A stretch of 32,000 bases of DNA from Acaryochloris marina MBIC11017 (GCF_000018105.1 NC_009925.1:5010001-5042000), one strand, 5' to 3'. Numbered from the stretch's first letter, positions 8,817 through 18,606 are shown. The notes: a model not told the origin generated them from the letters alone. Translations and numbers: made by a program.

Positions 8817-10736
8817 CTAGATTTGAATGCTGCCCCCATCATAGAGGGGAACGGTCATTGTAAAGTTCTCTCCGTAGGTCAGCTTTTGCTCTTCTAAAAT
8901 GCCGATCGCAATCTTTTCGCCTAATCGTAAGGATTCGATGTAATCGGTGAAGTAATGCACGCCAGCCCAATCCCGTCCAATAGAGATGTTAGCTGCAATC
9001 TTATTCAACTCACCTTCCACTGTGAGAGGGCAATCTAAAAGAACTTGTTGAAGACTGCTCCCATCTTGATTAGGTTCGTAGGATATGTATTTCCCATTCG
9101 CCATACCCAAATTCAGTTGCCAACCATGATCAAAGAAAGCTTTAAGCATAGTGACACAAGCTCCAGCCACAGTTGCATGTCCTGCACCATAACTAGGGTG
9201 CATAGGAGATCCTTCTGGGAAGGCCATTGGTAGGAAGTAATTATCCCCTGCGCTGGAAGGATCGCCACTGCGGTCAAGATTCTGATTTTGGAGTTGATTA
9301 TGGGCTACAACTTTGCTGAGGAGACCAACATTCTCTAGCGCTTCAACTAAGGCTGCAACGGGTTTAAGTTCATCACCCGCACCTTTACCATGCTTATAGC
9401 GATCAACTAAACCACCTAGAGCTTCAGGGCGTAAACGACGATGAACATTGAACTTTTGGAAACGAACTGCTTTTAACCCTCTTGTTGCGGCCTCACAAAC
9501 TAGGGTTAAGATTTGCGGTCCTCCAAAGTGGGCAAACCCTTGCTGTTTATCTTCCACATCAGGTTTTTGGAACGGAATACCGGGGTCGAAAGGAGCTCCC
9601 ATACCCAGCAAAATCAAGCAAGCGTTTAAATAAGCTTCATATAGTGCATCGTAGTGAACATAGGTTGCTAAGTCCCGAGGTGTAGTGATGACTCGATAGG
9701 CTGGGAATTCACGACATTTTCCCGGATCAGCGTCAACGTAGGTTTCTAGACCTCGCAAATCTGCACCATTTTGCACATCTAACCAAGTTTCGAAGTTAGT
9801 CATGAAGTCTTTGCAGGGGGTAGCCTTTCTGACTCGCTGATCAATTCGTATTGCACCATATCCGATATGGCCGGCTTCTTGCCCAAATACCCCACCTCCC
9901 AGCGCATTATTACCAATCAGCAGAAACTGGGATAGATAGGGACCGACATCATCTCCAGGTGCGATGCCACGAAAGATATTTTGTCGAGTTACGAGTGGTC
10001 GCTGACGAGCCTGCTCATCATCTGTGAGATCGCAACAATTGGCAGAGAACCAATTTTGGCCTTCAATCTGGACAGTATTTAGAATATCTATTGCTTCATA
10101 AATAGAAAGTTGGGTTGGGCAAGAATCACAGGCATTCACTTGATCTCCCAAGCCAGGATCTCGTAATTGAGAGAAATGAATGTCCCGGAGCAATGCTTGT
10201 GAATAAACTTCTGCGATTTCTGAAGTAAGCTCTGGACTTTCTAATCTCGGAGCAGGGGGCATTGTTACTGCCTGGGCATCGGGACCTTCTAAGTCAAAAA
10301 CTAAACCAGCCCCCGCACTTTCCCAAGCCCTAAGCTTGGCTCCATCACCACCCGCAGCTCCTTGAGCAATTTGTGACTTCCAGAATCCAGAACGGTGGTC
10401 ATCATCACAGTCAATCTTTTGTTTGCTCAAACAACCATGAACTTTAGGTAATTCGGCAGGACCTAATGGGGTTCGAGCAAAATCCGTCGTGTCTCCAGAT
10501 TGAATGCCTAAGACGAACTGGTCATAGTCGGCGGAATTGAGTAATAAGCCTGTATGTTCGTCGTGAGGCAACCCCTTGGTGAAATTAGCAATGTGGCTAG
10601 GCTCGTTGCCGTCTTTTTTAGGGCGGCGATATTCGTATTCCTCTTTATTATTTATATGTTGTGGGTGAGGTCGATTAGCAGCTAATTCAGCGGCATTATT
10701 GCGGATGTTTTGGGCTTGTTGTCGCCTAGTATTCAT
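8817..10736 (-). CDS. Vanadium-dependent haloperoxidase (bromoperoxidase-like)
   Basis: 639-aa ORF carrying the three vanadate-site motifs of the VHPO/acid-phosphatase superfamily: KFNVHRRLRPE (Lys and Arg 8 residues apart), PSYGAGHATVAG, and IGRDWAGVHYFTD. The N-terminal FTKGLPHDE resembles algal VBPOs. Confidence 0.85.
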   Translation of the reverse strand: MNTRRQQAQNIRNNAAELAANRPHPQHINNKEEYEYRRPKKDGNEPSHIANFTKGLPHDEHTGLLLNSADYDQFVLGIQSGDTTDFARTPLGPAELPKVHGCLSKQKIDCDDDHRSGFWKSQIAQGAAGGDGAKLRAWESAGAGLVFDLEGPDAQAVTMPPAPRLESPELTSEIAEVYSQALLRDIHFSQLRDPGLGDQVNACDSCPTQLSIYEAIDILNTVQIEGQNWFSANCCDLTDDEQARQRPLVTRQNIFRGIAPGDDVGPYLSQFLLIGNNALGGGVFGQEAGHIGYGAIRIDQRVRKATPCKDFMTNFETWLDVQNGADLRGLETYVDADPGKCREFPAYRVITTPRDLATYVHYDALYEAYLNACLILLGMGAPFDPGIPFQKPDVEDKQQGFAHFGGPQILTLVCEAATRGLKAVRFQKFNVHRRLRPEALGGLVDRYKHGKGAGDELKPVAALVEALENVGLLSKVVAHNQLQNQNLDRSGDPSSAGDNYFLPMAFPEGSPMHPSYGAGHATVAGACVTMLKAFFDHGWQLNLGMANGKYISYEPNQDGSSLQQVLLDCPLTVEGELNKIAANISIGRDWAGVHYFTDYIESLRLGEKIAIGILEEQKLTYGENFTMTVPLYDGGSIQI

Positions 10737-11069
10737 AGTTGAATGCTCCGTTAATTCAGGTAACGCTGGGTTTGAGGCAACACACGAAAAAAAGAAATAA
10801 TTTTTCTCTAATTAGTGAGAAATAATTAATTTTTGCTAGATTTAAGCATCAAGACTGTCATAGATCTATCGGTAGTCAGAAATACTTTTATGCAAAGAAT
10901 AATTTGCGTTATTTCTGGTTGAATTAAGTTTCATCCTGTAGCCATTTGTACGGTTTTGCTGTGACATTGATTGGACATAACGGTGAGCCACCAGACTGTA
11001 AAGCTGTGATCGGTAGCACAGGTATAGCTTGTTTGGGGAATACTAACGCCAGCATTTATTCAGGCAACT

Positions 11070-12260
11070 ATGTCCTCTACTGACGGTTTTCAGCCTTCCC
11101 AGTCCCTCGCTCATTTAAGAGAATCTGCTGCCAGTAGGTCCGTAGAAGCGATGACCCAGCTTTTAAATCAAACTTTGGCTCACAAGCAGATTGAAACTGA
11201 AGTTTGGTTGGAAGCGGATGAACTACATATCTATCTACAGGGGGAACGGACACCAGATGAAAAGAGTTCGGTGATGTTGTGCTGTCGTGAAATGGTTCAG
11301 TGGCATTTACCAGGCGCACAAATTTTGTTGATTTCAGGTCAAGAGAATGGGGCTAGGGAGTCGTCCTGGTGTTGGCAGTTAAGCTTTCTAGCAAGTGATG
11401 GACAGATGCCAACACTGAATCAAGCTGCGAATGGAGAGCTTTGGCGACGGCCTAAGTTAGAGAAAACAAGTTGGGAACCCAACAGCCCACCAGATGATCT
11501 CTGGGAGCCACAATCTATTGAGCCGGAAGGATGGAAAGCGATCGCAGCCGGTATCGTTTTGGCTCTTCTAATTTTGGCATCTCAACAAGTGACTTTTCTT
11601 TTGAGCCCTGTCATCACTCTCGTCCATGAGCTAGGCCATACCCTAACCAACTGGATCTTTGGATATCCAGCGATTCCTGCTTTCGATTTTATGCATGGGG
11701 GTGGTTTTACGTTCAATGTTGAACGGATGCCGTTTTTAATGGGGTTGATGTATTGCGGATTTGGGTATCTGTTTTATGTGTATTGGCAGAATTATTTGAC
11801 GGCGCGAGTGTTGTTGGGGGTTGCGATCGCATATACATTTTGTGCTTTTACAGGTATCCATGAGTTCTTTGTAATCGCTATGGGTCATGGATTTGAACTG
11901 ATTTTTGGCGGAATTTTCTTAGCACGGGCAATGAGTGGATATGCCTGCCGCTATTCAGCGGAGCGCCCGCTGTATGCCATGTTGGCAGCTTATGTTATCT
12001 TCTACGATATTCAATTCAGCTGGCGACTCATTTTTGACCAAACCAACCGTGCTATCTATAACCAAGGTAAAGCGGGGATTGATCACGATCTTGTTCGAAT
12101 TGCTGAGGATGTATGGAATGTTGATTTGAGCTTAGTGGCAAGTGGAATGTTGTTGGCAACATTGTTGACTCCTTTCGTGGTGTGGGGAATGCATCGATAT
12201 TGGCGATGGATTGTTTACGGTATCAATCGGCTGTTTAGCTTGAGAGTGGCCCGTTCCTGA
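11070..12260 (+). CDS. Polytopic membrane protein with an HExxH zinc-metalloprotease motif, family unassigned
   Basis: 396-aa ORF. A soluble N-terminal region of about 160 aa is followed by several hydrophobic helices. VHELGHTL sits at the end of the first helix. No further family-defining motif was recognised. Confidence 0.6.
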   Translation: MSSTDGFQPSQSLAHLRESAASRSVEAMTQLLNQTLAHKQIETEVWLEADELHIYLQGERTPDEKSSVMLCCREMVQWHLPGAQILLISGQENGARESSWCWQLSFLASDGQMPTLNQAANGELWRRPKLEKTSWEPNSPPDDLWEPQSIEPEGWKAIAAGIVLALLILASQQVTFLLSPVITLVHELGHTLTNWIFGYPAIPAFDFMHGGGFTFNVERMPFLMGLMYCGFGYLFYVYWQNYLTARVLLGVAIAYTFCAFTGIHEFFVIAMGHGFELIFGGIFLARAMSGYACRYSAERPLYAMLAAYVIFYDIQFSWRLIFDQTNRAIYNQGKAGIDHDLVRIAEDVWNVDLSLVASGMLLATLLTPFVVWGMHRYWRWIVYGINRLFSLRVARS

Positions 12261-12473
12261 CTTCATACCAATTCATTCTCTTGTCTGTGGTAAACAAAGG
12301 TTTGCCATCATGGACATGGTTGGGAGAAGGATCTGCAAGTTTCTATTGATTTTTATGGCGGTGAAGACGTCCTTCTCGATCTGACTGGGATAATCAGGTC
12401 AGAGTTATTACTCGCGCGGATTCAAGGCCAAATTACTCCCTAGACATGTGTTATTTAATCTCTGGAGGCTGCT

Positions 12474-12830
12474 ATGAGTTGGGTTAAGGTTTTATCAGAA
12501 AGTGAACTCGACCCAGGGGATCGTCAAATCGTTAAGGTCGAGAAAGAAAAGATTCTTCTGGTTAATCATGGTGGAAGCATTTGTGCAGTCAAGAATGCTT
12601 GCCCACATTTAAAAGCGCCACTCAGCAAAGGAAAAATTACGGCAGATGGGGCAATTGTCTGCCCTTTGCATCGAAGTGCTTTTGACCTCGCTACAGGGAT
12701 ACCCAAATCTTGGATTCCCTGGCCGCCAGGGCTTGGTAAGCTCCTAGGGGCGATCTCAAAGGAAAAGCCATTACAGGTATATCCAACCCGCGTGGAAGAG
12801 GGGGATATTTGGGTAGAAATCGCTGAATAA
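12474..12830 (+). CDS. Small Rieske [2Fe-2S] domain protein
   Basis: 118-aa ORF with CPHLKAPL...CPLHRSAF (CxH...CxxH). A GGAGG lies 7 nt upstream of the ATG. Confidence 0.85.
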   Translation: MSWVKVLSESELDPGDRQIVKVEKEKILLVNHGGSICAVKNACPHLKAPLSKGKITADGAIVCPLHRSAFDLATGIPKSWIPWPPGLGKLLGAISKEKPLQVYPTRVEEGDIWVEIAE

Positions 12831-13225
12831 TTTGCTGGGCTGGATTCTAGTTTTTCAGTAACCCACATGGTAACGGGGGTGTTTTACTTTTTAGGAAGTG
12901 AATTAAATTCTTAAGGGCTTCATGAGTTTAAACCACTACTAAATCAATGGGTTTGAGCATAGCCTAAATATTCGCTCAAAAGGGTGATACACTCCCGAAC
13001 TTAATATTAGTAATACTAGATAATTTTGATTTTGTAGTTATATAACTATTTGTCTAATCTAAAGTAGTTCTGAATAAAAGATTTTAGTCCAGATTTTGAT
13101 AAATAGCTAGAACGATCATTGCGCCAGCACTGTTTGAGTCTTAAAGTGAAAGGAATGGTGAGTAGATAGTTCCTATCGGAAAATTACCCAGCTATATATG
13201 TGTCATTTTTATTAAAGGGGGGAAG

Positions 13226-14221
13226 ATGGTGCAGATTAGTGATGTCCGGATTTTGATGATTGAAGATGATGAACAGGATGTAGAAATCATCAGAGAATTA
13301 CTAGAGGGCCGTCATAGTTTCCCTGCAGCTCTTGAGCATCGAAGTTCACTTGCAGAAGGGATAGCCCGACTCCATCACGAACCTGCCATTGACCTTGTGC
13401 TTCTTGATCTATCTTTAACGGATGCTAGTAATCTAGAAGCGTTTCAACACATTCAACTTGTGTTCCCAGAAATGCCCCTCATTATTCTTAGTGGAAATTT
13501 AGATCCATCTAGAGCATTATATCTATTGCAGAAAGGTGCACAGGATTGTCTATTTAAAGGGCATTTTGATGCTACTATCTTACGCTGCTCGATTCAATTT
13601 GCTCTAGAAAGGCAGAATCTTTGGTTGGAGTTAAGAGAAAAGAATAAAATTTTAGAGAAACTTTCTAATGAACTCAAAGTAGCTAACCATAAACTCGAAA
13701 AGATTTCAGCTATAGATAGCTTGACCCACATTAATAATCGACGTCGCTTTGATTCGATATTTCTAGCAGAATGGATTCGAATGATGCGAGAAAGGCAGCC
13801 CCTGTCTCTGATTCTCTGCGATGTCGATCACTTTAAGGCCTATAACGATACCTATGGACATCCTGCGGGAGATAAGTGTCTACAGCAGGTTGCTCGAGCC
13901 ATCTCTACGGTTGCCAAGCGTTCTGCAGACTGCGTGGCTCGTTACGGTGGAGAAGAATTTGTCGTAGTATTACCTAACACCGATCAATCCGGAGCGGTTC
14001 ATGTTGCCGAAGCCATTAGAACGGAAATTGAAGCGCTCAGTATTCCCCATTGTTCTTCCACTGTAAGTCAGTATGTCAGCCTTAGCTTAGGGGTAGCCAG
14101 TATCATTCCCAGCAAAGCAATAGCTCCATCTCAGTTGATTGAGCTGACAGACCAAGCTCTATATATGGCTAAAAAGCGAGGTCGCAATCGCACTCACACT
14201 ATGGAACTGATTCAAACGTAA
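13226..14221 (+). CDS. Response-regulator receiver + GGDEF diguanylate cyclase (predicted active)
   Basis: REC motifs are ILMIEDDEQD, DLVLLDLSL and CLFKG. A coiled linker follows. The GGDEF domain has DVDHFKAYNDTYGH, an I-site RSAD five residues before RYGGEEFVVVLP. Confidence 0.9.
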   Translation: MVQISDVRILMIEDDEQDVEIIRELLEGRHSFPAALEHRSSLAEGIARLHHEPAIDLVLLDLSLTDASNLEAFQHIQLVFPEMPLIILSGNLDPSRALYLLQKGAQDCLFKGHFDATILRCSIQFALERQNLWLELREKNKILEKLSNELKVANHKLEKISAIDSLTHINNRRRFDSIFLAEWIRMMRERQPLSLILCDVDHFKAYNDTYGHPAGDKCLQQVARAISTVAKRSADCVARYGGEEFVVVLPNTDQSGAVHVAEAIRTEIEALSIPHCSSTVSQYVSLSLGVASIIPSKAIAPSQLIELTDQALYMAKKRGRNRTHTMELIQT

Positions 14222-14261
14222 TTTTTGACTTTGACCTTTACTGGCTGCTGTATTCATGCTT

Positions 14262-16076
14262 CTAGGGTGAAAGACATGCATCTAAATTAGTAAGCCATCG
14301 GTGAGGGTTGCTACTGATGTACTGTTCAAGGGGAAGGGACTGTTCAAAATGATTCCCTTGGGCATAGTTAATTCCTAAGTTATCTAGCGAGTTAAGGGTC
14401 ACCTCTGATTTAACTTGCTTGGCAATAATTTTTGAATTCATAACATCAGCCACACGCTTTATTGACCCTACAATTCCATGCAATATGGGATCTGTAGTAA
14501 TGCTTTCAACCAATTCTCCGTTGATTTTTATGTAATCTGCGTTCATCGGTCTAAGCCGTCTAAGCGTCTTGAAATCTACACCAAAATCATCTATGGCAAT
14601 CTGACAGCCTAATGCTTTAAGGGATTGTGCCAGCTGCACTGCTGAGGATAAATCCTTCAAGGCGACTGATTCTGAGATTGCAAAGCAAAGGTGATTCGCT
14701 GGGAAATCGTATAGATTGAGCTGTTGTTGTACCAGCTCAGATAGATTTCCTGCCTTACAGGTTGCTGCTGAGAGTTTAATAAAATAAACAGCGTCAAACT
14801 TTCTATTTGAATAAATCTGTGTATGTTCTAATAACAAGTTCTCAATCACCCACTGGTCAATCTGAGCCATAAAATCATACTGTTCAATCCTGGGCAGAAA
14901 CATTTCGGGTGCATAAGCTCTGCCTGATTGATCACAGAGTCTGAGTAAGATGTCGAGACGCTCTATGCTACTTGTTCTATTTAATGGGTGAATGGGTTGA
15001 ACATAGAGCTGAAACAGATCGTTTTGTAATGCCTGATGTAACTTGCTCACCCAATGTAATGTTTGGCGAGTGTATAACTCCGATTTGATGTCCCGAATGG
15101 TTTGCCAATTGACCTGATGCCTTCCACGCGCTTTAGCGCCTATCAATGCTTGGTGTGCAGCTTCAATCAATAAAGAGGGCGCTTCTGGATGCCTTGGGAT
15201 ATGGCCTGTGACTCCAAAACTGAGGGTGATGGGTTGATGGTATGGGCTAGAAAGATAAGCTATGCCAAGTTTTTGAACTTGAATGCGGATGGCTTCTGCA
15301 ATGAAGGTTGCTCCCAAAATATCAGTATTGGGTAACAAGATTACAAATTGATTTTCACTATATCGAGCGACACAATCTGCTGGACGCTTAATGGTGTGGA
15401 ACATGATCTCAGCGATTTTATGCAACGTATGATCTTCCCAGGTTGTTGAAACTGGATCCATCTCAGTCGCTATCGGGTCTAGCTCGCAAAGAATGAGAGC
15501 TAAGGGTTGTTCTTCTCGCTGTAGTCTTTTCCATTCAGATAGGAAAACGTCATCAAACTGAGTTCGATTATAAAACTTAGTTAGAGAGTCAATTGTTTTA
15601 AGTTTCTTGATTTCAGCCTGAGCTATTTCTAGTTGTTTCGATAATGATTGAAGAGTACTATTCTGAAGCTCTAGCTCTAGTTTTTGTTTCTGGAGTTCTA
15701 AAGCATGTTGAATGGAGTAACATAAAGAGGGGCTATCGAAAGTTCCTTTAATTAAGAAGTCTACTGCTCCCTCATGTAGGGTTTTTTTAATGATTTCTGG
15801 GTTTGAATTGCCACTCAGAATGATCAGAGGCTTTTGTGGAAAAGCTTGATGAATTTGATGGAATGTATCTAAACCTTTGGCATCAGATAAAGTGAGATCT
15901 AGTAGGATTAGATCAATAAAATCGTTGTTTTGTAAAACATGGATGCCTTCCCGTACAGTGTGCTTATGTTGGAGTATTAACGGTAGTTGAGGCATGTTAT
16001 CTAAATAACGGCGAACGATATTGGCATCTTGTTCGTCATCTTCAATGATTAATACATGTATTTTTCTTGATCGCAT
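14262..16076 (-). CDS. REC + degenerate GGDEF + degenerate EAL protein (predicted catalytically inactive c-di-GMP sensor/adaptor)
   Basis: It has the same architecture as the neighbouring gene, but GGEEF is replaced by SENQF and the DxDHFKxYND segment by ELDPIATEMDPV. EAL-site residues are replaced too: EIL to DIL, INLS to IKLS, EISES to AISES, KID to KIN, AEYVES to AKQVKS. The I-site RPAD is retained. Confidence 0.85.
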   Translation of the reverse strand: MRSRKIHVLIIEDDEQDANIVRRYLDNMPQLPLILQHKHTVREGIHVLQNNDFIDLILLDLTLSDAKGLDTFHQIHQAFPQKPLIILSGNSNPEIIKKTLHEGAVDFLIKGTFDSPSLCYSIQHALELQKQKLELELQNSTLQSLSKQLEIAQAEIKKLKTIDSLTKFYNRTQFDDVFLSEWKRLQREEQPLALILCELDPIATEMDPVSTTWEDHTLHKIAEIMFHTIKRPADCVARYSENQFVILLPNTDILGATFIAEAIRIQVQKLGIAYLSSPYHQPITLSFGVTGHIPRHPEAPSLLIEAAHQALIGAKARGRHQVNWQTIRDIKSELYTRQTLHWVSKLHQALQNDLFQLYVQPIHPLNRTSSIERLDILLRLCDQSGRAYAPEMFLPRIEQYDFMAQIDQWVIENLLLEHTQIYSNRKFDAVYFIKLSAATCKAGNLSELVQQQLNLYDFPANHLCFAISESVALKDLSSAVQLAQSLKALGCQIAIDDFGVDFKTLRRLRPMNADYIKINGELVESITTDPILHGIVGSIKRVADVMNSKIIAKQVKSEVTLNSLDNLGINYAQGNHFEQSLPLEQYISSNPHRWLTNLDACLSP

Positions 16077-16194
16077 TTTCTCCCCCTTAAATGCAAATCT
16101 ACATTCAATAAAAAAAGACCTGCTTCCTATTCTCTGTTTTATGCGGTTTTTGATGCATTTGGAAGTAAGGTACTTCTCATTTCGGATGGAACGA

Positions 16195-17997
16195 TTAACT
16201 TTCGGCTCCTTGACGAAATGGAATAGATTGATAAGTCACTAAGGTTTCAATCAGGGGTTGGGCTTGGGCATAATAATGACCTTGAGCAAAATCGATCCCA
16301 AAACTGGATATTGTGTCGAGGATAAGCTCAGATTCCACATACTCCGCAATTGTTTGCATACCCATACTTTTTGCAAGTCGATGGATGGCTCCGACAATTT
16401 CTGTAGCCACTGGATCAGAGCCTATATCTTTGACAAAGGAGCCATCAATTTTAAGATAGTCCGCGGGAATAGACTTAAGATGCATGAAAGAAGATAAGCC
16501 ATTACCAAAATCATCTAGGGCAACTTGACAGCCGATTGCGTTTAACTCGTTACTGAGTTTGGCTGCATTGGCTATGTTCTTCAGGGCAACGCTTTCACTA
16601 ATTTCAAAACAAAAGTCTTCTGGATATAAGTTGAAACGAGTGAGCTGTTGTTGCAAAAATTCTATAAGTTGTCCATTATTACAGCTTCTGGCCGATAAAT
16701 TAATAAAAAATTGAGTATTTTGCTCCATAGTTGCTTTAATTTTCTGGAGATCTGCAAATAGATGCTCAATAACCCAATGATCGATGCGATTCATATAGCC
16801 ATTTTGTTCTGCGATGGGTAAGAACAAACCAGGTGTTATGACTGTGCTGGGTTGATCACATAGGCGCAGTAAAATTTCAAAACATTGTTTCTCTCGATTT
16901 TGGCTGAGGGGGTGGATAGGTTGAGCATAGAGCTGGAAATAATCTTTTTCCAAGGCTTGCTCTATCCTCCGGGTCCACAATAATGTTTGGTTGGCTAGTT
17001 GTCTGGGATTTGTAGAATCAGATGTGTTTGCGGTGACCTGGTTTCGACCAAGATCCTTAGCTGTATACAAGGCTTGATCTGCAGATTGAATCAGGCTTGA
17101 AGCGGGAATGTCTTCGTTTGGTATTAGGCTGGCAACTCCCAAACTGAGGCTGATGTGCTTACTCACTGATGAATTGCGGTGGGGAATGTTGAGTTCCTCA
17201 ACTTCTTCCCGAATTGCTTCTGCAACGTGTAATGCCCCAGAAAGATCCGTGTTAGGGAGCAACACTACAAATTCTTCGCCCCCGTAGCGGGCTACACAGT
17301 CTGCGGGACGTTGGGCAATTCTAGCAATGGCTTGAGCAACTTGCTGTAAACACTGGTCTCCTGCTTGATGGCCATAAGCATCGTTATAGGCTTTGAAATG
17401 ATCGACATCGCCCAGAATTACTGATAGCGGTTGCTCTTCACGACATAAACGATGCCACTCTCGTTCAAAGACAGAATCGAACTGACGTCGATTATAAACT
17501 CGTGTTAACCCATCCATGGTAGCCAACCGTTCTAGTTCACGATTGGCAATTTCTAGTTGTTCTGAAAGGGCTAATAATGTTGTGTTTTTATACTGCAGCT
17601 CTAGTTGCTGTTTTTGTCTTTCTAATGCATATTGAATGGTGCGAGATAGAAGAGTGCTGTTAAAGCGTCCTTTGACTAAAAAGTCTTGAGCCCCATCCTG
17701 CATTGCTTCTATAGCTATCGTTTCATCTGTATTCCCAGAAAGGATAACCAGTGGCAGACTGGGGAACATTTCGTGAATCTTATGAAATGTTTCTAGACCC
17801 TGGGTATCTGATAGACAAAGATCCAATAAGACCAAGTCAATGGAGTTAACTTCATGTAGAAAGGTAATTCCTGTGGAGAGTGTCCGACGATGTTTGAGTG
17901 TAATTGCGCTTTTGTTTAAACTCAGCAATTTTCTAACAATTTCTACATCTTGGTCATCATCCTCAATGATCAAAATTTGAGTCCCACCAGCATACAT
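16195..17997 (-). CDS. REC + GGDEF + EAL protein (both catalytic motif sets intact)
   Basis: REC motifs are ILIIEDDDQD and DLVLLDLCL. GGDEF motifs are DVDHFKAYNDAYGH and RPAD-x5-GGEEF. EAL motifs are QPI, FEILLRL, INLS, EISES, LDDFGNG, LKIDGSF, AEYVES and AQGHYY. Confidence 0.9.
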   Translation of the reverse strand: MYAGGTQILIIEDDDQDVEIVRKLLSLNKSAITLKHRRTLSTGITFLHEVNSIDLVLLDLCLSDTQGLETFHKIHEMFPSLPLVILSGNTDETIAIEAMQDGAQDFLVKGRFNSTLLSRTIQYALERQKQQLELQYKNTTLLALSEQLEIANRELERLATMDGLTRVYNRRQFDSVFEREWHRLCREEQPLSVILGDVDHFKAYNDAYGHQAGDQCLQQVAQAIARIAQRPADCVARYGGEEFVVLLPNTDLSGALHVAEAIREEVEELNIPHRNSSVSKHISLSLGVASLIPNEDIPASSLIQSADQALYTAKDLGRNQVTANTSDSTNPRQLANQTLLWTRRIEQALEKDYFQLYAQPIHPLSQNREKQCFEILLRLCDQPSTVITPGLFLPIAEQNGYMNRIDHWVIEHLFADLQKIKATMEQNTQFFINLSARSCNNGQLIEFLQQQLTRFNLYPEDFCFEISESVALKNIANAAKLSNELNAIGCQVALDDFGNGLSSFMHLKSIPADYLKIDGSFVKDIGSDPVATEIVGAIHRLAKSMGMQTIAEYVESELILDTISSFGIDFAQGHYYAQAQPLIETLVTYQSIPFRQGAES

Positions 17998-18606
17998 TGG
18001 AATAAACCTGGATTTCGTAATAATGTCTTAAGGTATAACGCAATATCATGAGGAAAATAACCGCAGGAGTACGCAATTCTGTTTATGCTTTACCCTCCAT
18101 CTCCTCCGTAAAACTAACTATTCTAGCTTCTTGATCTCATATAAATAGTTGACTGACCTCAGTGATAGTACTTATTTTTTAGCCTGATTTTTTGAAAAAA
18201 CACTAGTCAGGACATGAATCAATTTCAATGGCGGAAAAATATCTATTAGCTAAGCTCCATTTGTTATTAACTTCTTATGGATAGAGAATTTTAATTACTG
18301 GTGGATGAAGAAAAAATATCGAGTTTTATAGTTTATGTTTCTTAGATTTGATTTTGTTAAATCTTTGAAATGGAAATATTCTCTTGAGATTTTTTTAGTG
18401 TGTGAAGATATAATATTTAGTCAATCAGGAAAGAATATAATGGTGTTTTATTGAAAATAAAATGACTTAAATTTGTGCCATGTATTGAACCTGTATTGAG
18501 TGCTGTTGGTTTTAGGTTTTCTCTATAAAATAGGTTTGATAAGGCTCATCGAAATCACCTGCTGCTTTACGAATCAAGCTTGATTTTCTGTTCGAGAATG
18601 ACTTGA

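Noticed and set aside
12566-12868. 100-aa ORF antisense to the Rieske gene
   Set aside because: The sense frame carries the complete CxH...CxxH Rieske signature and a good ribosome-binding site. The antisense translation has no motif.
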